A model generated the notes under the pieces. That model saw only the letters and a list, made by a program, of their open reading frames with translations, had not been told where the DNA came from and searched no databases. The position numbers and the translations under genes were made by a program. Below, piece after piece: positions 1-11,857 of a stretch of 64,000 bases of DNA. The stretch is from Paraspadella gotoi (taxonomy: Eukaryota; Animalia; Chaetognatha). Position 1 is the first letter of the stretch, and each line of letters begins with the position of its first letter. The stretch is from positions 26,632,008 through 26,696,007 of the forward strand of contig CM119264.1 in NCBI GenBank assembly GCA_051294375.1, given 5' to 3'.

Positions 1-3000
1 GTCACATCACCTTCTCATCTTCTTTCCCCTCCGCTCCATGACCGCGCGGCCGATCCGTTATTATGACGCACCAAACATTTCTTATCGTCTTCGCGTCCAT
101 ACGCAGTGCGCACGCGAGGGGCGGACGTCGAGTGCGACTTCGAACCCGAAATGACGTCATCGTCGCGGTGACGACCGAGTCGCGCGACCGTGTCGAGATG
201 GAGGGAAAGAGGGCGTGATGTGGTGTTTACAAAGTTACGTTGCATTATTAATAATTATAATAAATAATTAAAACGATGTTTTTTTTTGGTTTAATTAATA
301 GTAATGTTTCTTTTCTCTCTTCTTACATAATTAGTTTTTTTTCTTCGTCCGAATTCAAGATCCCGAAACGATTGTCCTTTGTTTCTGCGCCGCCGGCGGA
401 GAAACAAAAGAACAAAGACGTATTAAATATTGATAAGAAATTCTTTACAGACTCGAGGAGGGAAAGGGTGAGCGGGTTGGAAAGAAGATAGGAAGAAGAT
501 AGGAGAGAAAGATGAGAGTCTAGAGATTGTGAGACATATATTTTTAAATGTTGTATTTTTTTTGTATAGTTATTTTTGTTAATGATTAGCGCGACCGGCG
601 AAAGGCGATGTAGTGGAGGAGGCTGCGGTGCGGTACGTTGCAGTGCGTGCAGTGCGGTGCGGTGTGGTTACGGTGCACGTTGTTGACGTCGAGTGAGGCA
701 GAGATATTTAATTATGACGGGGATGAGATGATGAACGAGTGATGGTGATGTGAATGTCAGGAGAAGTGATAAGACGAGGGAAACGGTGATGCGACCGGGC
801 CGATAGGATTAGAGAGGAAGGGGAACGAAGGGGTAGGAGAGAAAATCGGCGCTCAGAGACAGGCCGTGGAAATGGCGCCCGGAGACGCCGGCGGCGGGAC
901 AAACCCTAATTGCGACTCCTTATTCGATTAAAAGGTTATGGATGAGAGGAGGAAGCGGCGGAGGCGGAGTCGAGAGCGGCGGCTGCAGCAGCGGCGGCGG
1001 CGGCGGGGATCTGTCGCTCGTGGGAGTGTGGATAGGCGATCATTTCATCATAGTTTTTATCATTATAACATATCCAATGTTGAAATGTTGTTGATATCTT
1101 TATCAACTTATCAATAATGTTGATATGTTGATAATTATAAAAACTATGAAACAACTTCAACATTTTACAAATTTGTCATTTTAACCCTACATCTTCGTAT
1201 TTGTCACTATTTTCTCCTTCATCATCGTCATCCTTGCATTCATCTTCGTCTTGTCATTGTCGCTCTTCGCGCGCAGGTGGCGCAGCCGAAGTGAAGCGCT
1301 GCAAATCTCGCCAAGCGACGTGATTCGAGTGATTTTCTTATCGAGATGAGGGAGGAGAGAGAGATGAGAGAGAGAGGAGAGAGATGAGAGTAGAGAGAGA
1401 GAGAGAGAGAGGAGAGAGAAGAGAGAAGAGAGAGAGAGAGAAGAGAGAGAAGAAGGAGAAGGAGAGAAACTTTCCTTGGTGCCGCACCCTACTTTTGCAG
1501 GTTGCCGGCACACTTGGCAAACTATTCTTATTCGTAAATTAGATAATAGAAAGGAAGAGAGAAGATTATAATTGTTATACAGAATAAATTTATTAGTTCA
1601 TTAAATCATTTCTTTTTGGGGGGGTTATGCTTTTAGTATTGGCTTTTTAGTTTTCTGCTTTTGGGCTTTTGGCGTTGATTAATCTTCCATTTATTGACGA
1701 CCATGCTTGGCCAGTCGGCCTTTGCCATATCTCGAGCAGCCATTGGCCTTTTTTCCGCATGTTAACGGACGTTGTTTTTTTTGGCCTTTTGGATTGGCTC
1801 TTAGCGGTTGTCGTTGTCGTCGGCTCGGCTTCGGCATATCGTAACGCGAGGCCTGAGATTTGCTTGGTTAGGGTTTGCGCCGAATAGTATTAGGGGTAGA
1901 GGGTTAAGGAGCTCATGGATCGATGTCAATCCTAACGAGGCACGAGTTTGGGCTCAGGAAGAGATCACGTAGGGTTAGGACTGGATCATAAATAGGATGT
2001 CAAAGTCCGAGAAGGGATTCCTAATTCCATTCACATCTGCCATTCATCCCTTGGCAGGAAAGGATTACATCGCTTCCTTAGTCCTTACCTACCAAACCTC
2101 AAAAACCTCACCCTTTTTCCACCTCCAACACCGCGCTATGACTAAACCGTCCCTCCAATATAATTACTTTTTCCACACCCAACCTCCCAGAGAAATTAAA
2201 TTTCTCCTCCGACTCACCATGTAATGATATTTACTAAATGAGATTTAACTGATCAATTCATTAGCCTATAGTGTTAGATTTTACATTACTTTTTTACATT
2301 GTTTAATAGCTTAGTCAATTCCCACCAACCACCATTTTATTTCACTACTGCCCACCAAATCTCCGATCCCTTCCACCCGGAAAATGCTTCGCGATATCGA
2401 AAGGGAATCGAATTCGCTAAGAGGATTTTCAGTCGCGCGGGAAATTTTCGGATAATCAAAAATGGCGAGATCGTGCTTGTCATTGTCGTTGTTGTTATTG
2501 TTGTCGTTGTTTTCGGATGATTTTTTTTTTGTTTCATATATTCTATTTTATTGTTTCGGTCTTTACTTTTATTTCCATATTAATATTTTTTAAATTGTAT
2601 CATTTGCCTTAAACTTTACGACCAAGCTTTCCAGTTATCTAATTGTTTTTGTCTATACCTGAAAATGAGTAGATAACGAGTCAGTCGCGGTCGTTTAATG
2701 AACCATTTGTCTCATTTGGATTCATTTTCTAGAGTTTCTGTTTTCAAACTCGAAATGACGTTTTGGGTTGGCTCAATGAATAACCAAGAAACCTGTTGGA
2801 TAGGGAGTTCCAGATTGAATCACAACGCCGTGACTGAAAACTGCAGTCAACCAATTTGTTTCGTGGCTGCGAGAGGCAATAACAACTTGCGAATGGTCAA
2901 CCTCGGCCGTGTTTTTCGCCCCTCTTTAACAAAACAAACAAACAAATTCTTCAACAAGCATTGGCTTCAATCAACAAAACAACACGTCTCCGCCTTGGAT

Positions 3001-3162
3001 CCGAAAAAAGACACGAAGGTCGAATTCACGACTTTTTTTCTTTTTTCTTTTTCTTCTTTTTTGGCGTCTTCTGCTTCTGTGGTTCCGTTGGTCGGAAATT
3101 GACATAATGTTTCCAAAAAAAAAAGAGAAGGGGGGCGTCTTTGTAACGAGAGAGAGGAGAAA

Positions 3163-3218
<56 letters not shown>

Positions 3219-3367
3219 GAGAGAAGAGAGAGACCGCCAGTTAAGGGCACGAGATTGACGATCAAAGGGGTTGCCTTTCACGGGTCAGGAAAGAGAAAAA
3301 AAGCGAAGTGAAAAAAGATGGGTTTTTGGGATTTGGAGGCGCGGTTTGTCAAGAGAGAGAGAGGAAG

Positions 3368-3402
<35 letters not shown>

Positions 3403-3528
3403 AGAGCGGTAGGGGGGATGGAAACCATTTGGTTGGTGTTTTCGAGGGGAATCAATATGTAGGGGAGGAGGGTGAAGTCGATAGCATGAGGGATTCGTAG
3501 GAAAGGGAGGTGGGGTGAGGAGAATTAA
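1..3528 (+). repeat. Copy 1 of a ~3.5 kb direct duplication
   Basis: Colinear with 6622-10114; differences are mostly 1-2 bp indels. Confidence 0.93.
1048..1149. mobile_element. ~100-bp AT-rich fold-back element (MITE-like or hairpin-RNA-like); second copy at 7752-7856
   Basis: In the 7752 copy the arms TCATAGTTTTTATCATTATCAACATATCAACA and TGTTGATATGTTGATAATTATAAAAACTATGA pair at 31/32 positions. There is an inner hairpin GTTGATA-tctt-TATCAAC. No clear TSD. Confidence 0.5.
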
Positions 3529-4325
3529 TTATAAGAGAACTATTTGTGGAGAGAAGAGTCGTTCATTGGTTTGTTTTTGTGGATATATTTCAATAAAACA
3601 TTTTTTTTTTGATCATCAATTCAAAAAATAAAAAAATAAAGACCAAATTCCAATTATTACGATTAATTCTTAAAATNNNNNNNNNNNNNNNNNNNNNNNN
3701 NNNNNNNNNNNNNNNNNNNNNNNNNNNNNNNNNNNNNNNNNNNNNNNNNNNNNNNNNNNNNNNNNNNNNNNNNNNNNNNNNNNNNNNNNNNNNNNNNNNN
3801 NNNNNNNNNNNNNNNNNNNNNNNNNNNNNNNNNNNNNNNNNNNNNNNNNNNNNNNNNNNNNNNNNNNNNNNNNNNNNNNNNNNNNNNNNNNNNNNNNNNN
3901 NNNNNNNNNNNNNNNNNNNNNNNNNNNNNNNNNNNNNNNNNNNNNNNNNNNNNNNNNNNNNNNNNNNNNNNNNNNNNNNNNNNNNNNNNNNNNNNNNNNN
4001 NNNNNNNNNNNNNNNNNNNNNNNNNNNNNNNNNNNNNNNNNNNNNNNNNNNNNNNNNNNNNNNNNNNNNNNAACGCCAAATTCAAACTCACTCACTTGAG
4101 CCGGGTCTCCGTGGGCCCAACTTATTTGACCCACACAACTGTAACTCTTTTATTAGTTTTCTCTCACGTGAATAGTTTTTCCTTTGTTGTTGTCTCTGTT
4201 TATATCTGTTTGATGATTTTTCGAATCATTATAATTCTCTCCAAAAAGATACGTGAAATTTGTCTCAATAATTCAATATTTTCGCCAATAAGTCTCTTCA
4301 AGACTATGCAAGAACGTTGAGTCAA

Positions 4326-5081
4326 ATGCAGACAGAGCTAATTTTATGCCAAGTAAAACCTGAATATGATTCGCAGTTGCTCGCTGTGATAGAAGATCAT
4401 TTGACGATGTGGCGTCTGCACAGTCAGAGCTACAACACAAAGACGAGAGAAATTGTGAAACCACAATGGGAATCTTTTTTCCAAAAAGTAGAAACGAAAT
4501 TTGGAAAACACGTTTTCGTTGTGAAAGTTTGCCAAATCTATGCGACCTCGTTAGGCAAGATGAAAGAATATGAGGAAAAACATCGCATTTATGAGAAAGC
4601 TTATGGGATCGCTAAAGAATTGGAAGATCCGAAAACGTTAGCTTCTATTCAAATGTATTTTGTAGATGCGCTGCGCTTTGAACTCCGAATGAAAGAAGCT
4701 AAAGAAAAGTTAAAAGAAATCGAAAAGTTATCCATCGAAAACGGATTGAATCTAGACACCGAAATCAGTTATCACAAAGCGAAAATTCATTACGCCGATT
4801 ACGTGATTGAAGCAAAAAAGTGTTTCGAGTTAGCTGAAGAACGGAAAGATATGTCGATCGATATTTGCTCGAAGTTGTTTAACAATGAATTGTTGGCTCA
4901 TAGAAATTATCCCACGAAGATAATGATCCGAACCCGATTCAAGACAAAGCGATGCTTCTATGGAAATAGATGTAACTATCCACATTGCGTTTATTTGCAT
5001 GAAAGCGACCGTGAGAGATACAATGCGCTTTTTTCTTCGGAAGAGAGAGAAGGAGAGGAAAGAGCCGAGGCGGCTGATTAA
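4326..5081 (+). CDS. Intronless ~251-aa protein with a TPR-like alpha-helical region and a C-terminal CCCH zinc finger (C-x5-C-x4-C-x3-H)
   Basis: It is the only long ORF with normal, non-repetitive amino-acid composition. First ATG is at 4326 (the track's 4317 start is TTG), TAA ends at 5081, and AATAAA lies at 5165-5170. TPR-like segments: YEKAYGIAKELEDPKTLASIQMYF and ISYHKAKIHYADYVIEAKKCFELA. Finger: RFKTKR-CFYGNRCNYPHCVYLH. Confidence 0.8.
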   Translation: MQTELILCQVKPEYDSQLLAVIEDHLTMWRLHSQSYNTKTREIVKPQWESFFQKVETKFGKHVFVVKVCQIYATSLGKMKEYEEKHRIYEKAYGIAKELEDPKTLASIQMYFVDALRFELRMKEAKEKLKEIEKLSIENGLNLDTEISYHKAKIHYADYVIEAKKCFELAEERKDMSIDICSKLFNNELLAHRNYPTKIMIRTRFKTKRCFYGNRCNYPHCVYLHESDRERYNALFSSEEREGEERAEAAD

Positions 5082-5555
5082 AAGTAATCAAGTCCAAATC
5101 GTGGGACATTTTTGTATTGGGTTCACTTTACACGATCTTAAATATGGGTAAATGTCTGATATCAAATAAATCAAGGGAAGAAATTTGTTTTTAAAAAAAA
5201 TTATTTTTGCTTTTCTGTACAATTGAATCTTGTCTGTTCAATAAACTTTGGTAAATCGCTTCTCGCATCTTCGATTCAATTTCTCTACAAATTTTATTCT
5301 TTCATGTTTTGATTTAATTAACAATAATATTCCCTGTACTATACAAGTTCGTTTAAATTTTATTATTATTAGAAAAGTTTTCTCTTACGTTCTCTTTTCG
5401 TTCCTTTTTTTTAAATCCTATTCCGTTAGAGATGAAACGAAAAATTCGTTGTAATAGCAATTTTATTTTTATTAATGTACATGTTTCGACTCTTAGTTTT
5501 TGCGAGTCTTCATCAGCAAGTGAATTCAATAGACCAAAATTTTAAACATTAGTTT

Positions 5556-5586
<31 letters not shown>

Positions 5587-5684
5587 TTTCCAACAAAGAA
5601 TTGAGCAGAGGATAGTGGTCAGATTGGGACAGGTGAAAGTAGGGAAAGAGAGAGTAATGATTTTTGAAATTGGGTGAAAGAAAA

Positions 5685-5757
<73 letters not shown>

Positions 5758-6218
5758 ATCAATACATTAGGCAATGTACAACAGTGAAATTTTTCCGTAA
5801 ATCGTCATTTAAAAATCGTTAAAAAACTCATGCCAATTCCAAATCGGGTCTCTAAATGCCGTAATAAAAGTAATGACTGTAAAAATTTTTTTTCCCTGAA
5901 CCGTAAAAACCGTTTAATCTGCGATGAACGAATTCGGGACGAAAATGACGTCAAGAGACGACGACGACGACGACGACGACGAAGAAAGCGTTGTCAGACA
6001 AAACGAATTTCTTGTTGACAATCTCGCCCATGTCAGATCCGAATCCCTTTGTCATATTCCGCGTCTTACGCAATCCGATCCAACGAGTTTTTGGAGGAAG
6101 ACTCTCAGGAGACGACCGACGACCGACGACGACGACGACGACGACACATTATAACATTAGGAAAGATTTGGTGGCCTTTAGGCTCTTGCCCCGAGGGTGA
6201 GATCTGTCCAAAATTTGG

Positions 6219-6252
<34 letters not shown>

Positions 6253-6621
6253 TCTCTCGTCTCTCTCTCTCTCTCTTCTCTCTCTTCTTCTCTCTCTCTC
6301 TCTCTCTCTTTCTTCTCTTCTCTCTTAGTTTTTCGAGTTTCTTTTGATTCTCCAACCAAACATGAGGGTGCTGAACAATTACTGGCCAACAAAGAGAGGC
6401 TCTTATCAATCTTTGGATTAAGTTAATCATTAACTTCAAACCTTAGTTTAAAAATTCACATGACATTTATAACGAAAAACATAAGAAAATCAAAAGTGAG
6501 AACAATGATTTTTTTTTTTTTTACGTTTCACTTTTAAAGCGTCTGCATTTTGTCTCTGTCACCTCTCTATCATAACTCACCTCTCTTCCCTGTTATCACC
6601 TCTTCTCTCATCAAATTTCTC

Positions 6622-9600
6622 GTCACAAATCACCTTCTCATCTTCTTTCCCCCCTTCCGCCCTCCCATAGACCCGCGCGTGCCGATCCGTTATTTATGAC
6701 GCACCAAACATTTCTTATCGTCTTCGGCGTCCACACGCATGCGCGCACGCGACGGGCGTGACGTCGAGTGCGACTTCGGACGCCGAAATGACGTCATCGT
6801 CGCGGTGACGACCCGAGGTCGCGCGACCGTCGTCGAGATGGAGGGGGAGAGAGGGGGCGTGAATGGTGGTTGTTACAAAGTTACGTTGCATGTTATTAAT
6901 AATTAATAATAAATAATTAATAACGATGTTTTTTTTTGGTTTTAATTAATAGATAAATGTTTCTTTCTCTCTTCTTACTAATTAGTCTTTTTTTTTTCTG
7001 TCGTCCGAATTCAAGATCCCGAAACGATTGTCCTTTGTTTCTGCGTCGCGCGGCGGAGAAACAAAAGAACAAAGGACGTTATTAAATAATTGATAAGAAA
7101 ATTCTATTACAGACTCGAAGAGGGAGGAAGAGGCGAGCGGGGTTGGAAAGAAGATAGGAAGAAGATAGGAAGGAGAAGATGAGAGATCTAGAGAGATGTG
7201 GAGACATATAATTGTTAATTGTTAGTATTTTTTTGGTAATAGTTATTTTTGTTAATGATTAGCGCGACCGGCGAAAAAGGCGATCGTAGTGGAGGAGGCT
7301 GCGGTGCGGTACGTTGCAGTGCGTTGCAGTGCGGTGCGGTGTGGTTACGGTGCCACGTTGTTGACGTCGAGTGAGGCAGAGATAATGGTAATTTATGACA
7401 GGGGGATGAGATGATACGAAGGGAAGTGATGTGATGTGAATGTCAGGAGGAAGTGATAAGACAGAGGAAACGGTGATGGCGACCGGCGCGATAGGATAGA
7501 GAGGAAGGGGAACGAAGGTGGTAGGAGAGAAAATCGGCGCCTCAGAGAACCAGCGCCCGTGGGAATCGGCGCCCGAGAGAAACGCCGGCGGCGGACAAAA
7601 CCCTAATTGCGACTCCTTATTCGATTAAAAGGTTATGGATGAAGAGGAGGAAGCGGCGGAGGCGGAGTCGGAGGCGGCGGCTGCAGCAGCGGCGGCGGCG
7701 GCGGCGGCGGATCTGTCGCTCGTGGGGAGTGTGGATAAGGCGATCATTTCATCATAGTTTTTATCATTATCAACATATCAACAATGTTGAAATGTTGTTG
7801 ATATCTTTATCAACTTATCAATAATGTTGATATGTTGATAATTATAAAAACTATGAAACAACTTCAACATTTACAAATTTGTCATTTAAACCCTACATCC
7901 TCTCGTATTTGNNNNNNNNNNGAGAGAGAAACTTTCCTTGGTGCCGCACCCTACCTTTTGCAGGTTGCCGGCACAACTTGGCAAACTATTCTATTCGTAA
8001 ATTAGATAATAGAAAGGAAGAGAGAAGATTAGATAATTGTTATACAGAATAAATTTATTAGTTCATTAAATCATTTCTTTTTGGGGGGGTTATGCTTTTA
8101 GTATTTGGCTTTTTAGTTTTCTGCTTTTGGCTTTTGGCGTTGATTAAATCTTCCATTATTGACGACCATCAGCTTGGCCAGTCGGCCTTGCCATATCTCG
8201 AGCAGCCACTTGGCCTTTTTTCCGCCATGTAACGACGGTTGTCTTTTTGGCCTTTTGGATTGGCCTCTTAGCGGTTGGCCGTTGGTCGTCGGCTTCGGCT
8301 TCGGCCATATCGTAACGCGAGCCTGAGATTTGACTTGGATTAGGGTTTGCGCCGAATAGTATTAGGGGTAGAGGGTTAAGGAGCTCATGGATCGATGTCA
8401 ATCCTAACGGAGGCACGAGGTTGGGGCTCAGGAAAGGAGATCAACGTAGGGTTAGGACTGGTTCATAAATAAGGATGTCAAAGTCCGAGAAGGGAATTCC
8501 TAATTCCATTCACATCTCGCCAATTCATCCCTTGGCAGGAAAGGATTCCAATCGCTTCCTTAGTCCTTACCCTACCCAACCTCAAAAACCTCACCCTTTT
8601 TCCACCTCCAAACACCGCGCTATGACTCAACCGTCCCTCCAATATAACTTACTTTTTCCACACCCAAACCTCCCAGAGAAATTAATATTTCTCCTCCGAC
8701 TCACCATGTAATAGATATTACTAAATGAGATTTAACTGATCAATCTCATTAGCCTATAGTAGTAGATTTTACATTACTTTTTTTACATTGTTTAATAGCT
8801 TAGTCAATTCCCACCCAAACCACCACTCTTTTCATCCTCACTACCTGCCCACCAAATCTCTCATATCCCCCTTCCACCCGGAAAATGCGTCGCGATATCG
8901 AAAGGGAATCGATTCGCTAAAGAGATTTTCAGTCGCGCGGGAAAATTTCGGATAATCAAAAATGGCGAGATCCGTGCTTGTCATTGTCGTTGTTGTTATT
9001 GTTGTCGTTGTTTTCGATGGATTTTTTTTTTGTTTCATATATATTCTATTTTATTGTTTTTCGGTCTTAACTTTTTTATTTCCCACATATTTAATATTTT
9101 CTATAAATTGTAATCATTTGCCTTAAACTTTACGGACCCAAGCTTTCCCAGTTAATCTAATTTGTTTTGTCTATACCTGAAAAATCGAGTAGATTACACG
9201 AGTCAGTCGCGGTCGTTTAATGAACCCAATTTGTCTCAATTTCTGGATTCATTTTCTAGAGTTTCTGTTTTCAAACTCTAAATGACGTTTTGGGTTGGGC
9301 TCAATGAATAACAGCAAGAAACTGTTGACTAGGGAGGTTCCAGATTGAATCAACAACAGCCGTGACTGAAAACTGCAAGTCAAACCAACTTGTTTCGTGG
9401 CTGCGAGAGGCAATAACAACTTGCGAATGGTCAACACCTCCGCCGTGTTTTCGGCCTTAAAACCAAACAATCACAATTCTTCACACAAGCATTGGCTACA
9501 ATAACAACAACAACACCGCATCTCCGCCCTTGGAATCCGAAAAAGACCCGAAGGTCGAATCACGACGACTTTTTTTTCTTTTTTCTTTTTCCTTCTTTTT

Positions 9601-9714
9601 TTTGGCGTCTTCTGCTTACTGTGGTTCCGTTGGTCGGAAAATTGACATCATGTTTCAAAAAAAAAGGAAGAAAGGGGGCGTCGTCTTGTAACGAGAAGAG
9701 AGAAAGAGAGGAGA

Positions 9715-9759
<45 letters not shown>

Positions 9760-9924
9760 AGAGAGAAGAGAAGAGAGAGAGAGAGAGAGACCCGCCAGTA
9801 GGGCACGAGAGATTGACGATCAAAAAGGGGTTGCCTTTCACGGGTCAGGGAAAGAGAAAAAAAGCGAAGTGGAAAAAAAGGGTTTTGGGATTTGGAGCCG
9901 CGGTTGTCAAAGAGAAGAGAGAAG

Positions 9925-9977
<53 letters not shown>

Positions 9978-10114
9978 CGGTAGCGGGGGATGGAAAACCA
10001 TTTGGTTGGTGTTTTCGAGGGGGAATCATATGTAGGGGGAGGAGGGGTGAAAGATCGATAGCGATGAGGGGGATTCGTAGGAAAGGGGGTGCGGGGGTGG
10101 AGGGGAGAAATTAA
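6622..10114 (+). repeat. Copy 2 of the ~3.5 kb direct duplication (insertion-rich, noisier)
   Basis: Same sequence as 1-3528 with many single-base insertions. A 10-N gap at 7912-7921 replaces about 1203-1460. Confidence 0.93.
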
Positions 10115-11813
10115 GCAGAGGTTGGATGGAAGACGCGGTATGACCTTAATGGAAGGAGGAAGAGGAATGGAGAGGAGACGACAACTGAAGGAGTGTTGAA
10201 ACTCCCAGCGAACTGTGATAATTGATGGAGAAATCAGTAAAGGACGACGCAGTGATGGTATAAAGCTGTGATGATGTGATGGTGTGATGGAGTCAAGTTG
10301 AGATAGTGTGAAGTTTTAAAAGGCGAAGGTGGAAGAAGAAAGAAATCCTGTTTGGAACCAAGGTTGATTAACTTCGTGACGTTTGCCCGACCGTGAAGGG
10401 CGACTGCTGTTTTTGCCAGTCTTAGTTGTCGTCGTCGTCCTCGTCGTGACGCACTTTCAGTTGCCAAGGAAACGCTTTTTCTTTTGAACCGAAAACAAAA
10501 GGCGTGGATCGATGTCGTCGTCGTCGTCGTCGTCGTCGTTGGATGATATGTGCATCGCGACGATTGCCACGTAATTCGTTGTCAGGGAAGTTACAATATT
10601 GTACTCGAGGTTACAAGAGCTTGATAACGTTGAACATGGTTTTTAAGATGTTCTAAACTTTTTTTATTTTCGGTTGCTAAATTCATGAAGCATCCAATTC
10701 ATCAGCATTAGTGATAGTCAATCAACATGGACGATATTGTCAGTCAATAATTCATTATGACAAGAAAGAAGGCAACGTCGCTCTTTTCTTCGGTGATTCG
10801 ATATCACGCACTATGATAAACATAAAGGCCACATTCAGGAAGTCTCTCTTTCTCTCTCTCTCTCTTTCTCTCTCTCTCTCGCTTTCTCTCTCTCTCTTAA
10901 CCTCGCGCGCGGCACGAAATCGCGTGCTCTCAATCACATTAATGACATTATAGATTTATGTATCAACTAAATCGCAATGAACCTTTCTCTTTTTTCCTTT
11001 TTTTATTTTTTTTATCATTTTTCTTTTATTTTCCTCTTTTTTATTCTTTAATTTTTTTTCTCGCCGCTTCTGCAGCCTCGCCGATTTAATACCAAATTTT
11101 GAGAAAAATGTAAATTTCCATAAACTGCTTGAATAATGCATGGAGACGAGATGAGACGAGAGAGAGAGTCGACAGTCTCCGAGCGAGTGAGAGAGACGAG
11201 CAGATGAGATGACCGACGAGAAGAGAGAGAGGAGACGAGAGAGAAAGAGAGGAGTGAGAGAGAACAAAGCAGAGAAAACGTAAAGGCGACGACAAAGGCA
11301 CACCAAGTGGAGGGAGACAATAAAATTACTTAGTCGCGTTTTTCTCTCGTCACCAGCTGCAGAGTGGACGAGATTTACGACGACGATTTTACTCTCATCT
11401 CTCTCTCTCATCCTCTCCTCTCTCTTCTCTCTCTCTCTCTCGTCTCTCTCTCTCTCTCTCTTTCTCATCTTTCTTTTCTCGCGGCCTTTTTTTCTATTGC
11501 ACTCCAATGAGTTCTGTCTCTTCCTCCTCATGTGAGGCAACATAAAAACATTTCAATCTTAAAGGAAGATTTTTTTTTCTTCCCCCGCTGTGAGAAGAAG
11601 TTCTTTTACTTTGGTGTTAGGAGATCCTTATTATCTTAAAAATCTGAAACTTTTGTGATAAACGGATTGTATAAACCTCAATTTGTATATATCGTTTCAC
11701 TGGCGTTCGTTTCCTAATAAATGTCGGAAAAAAAAATTGACGGGGTAAAATTTTTTTAGTAGGAAAAGTATTTTAAATATTCATTTCCAGCTCTCTCTCA
11801 TCTCCTCTCCTCT

Positions 11814-11857
<44 letters not shown>

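Noticed and set aside
901-910. Telobox/telomere-like AAACCCTAA (also TAGGGTTT at ~1869 and ~18574)
   Set aside because: Isolated single occurrences, not tandem; compatible with chance.
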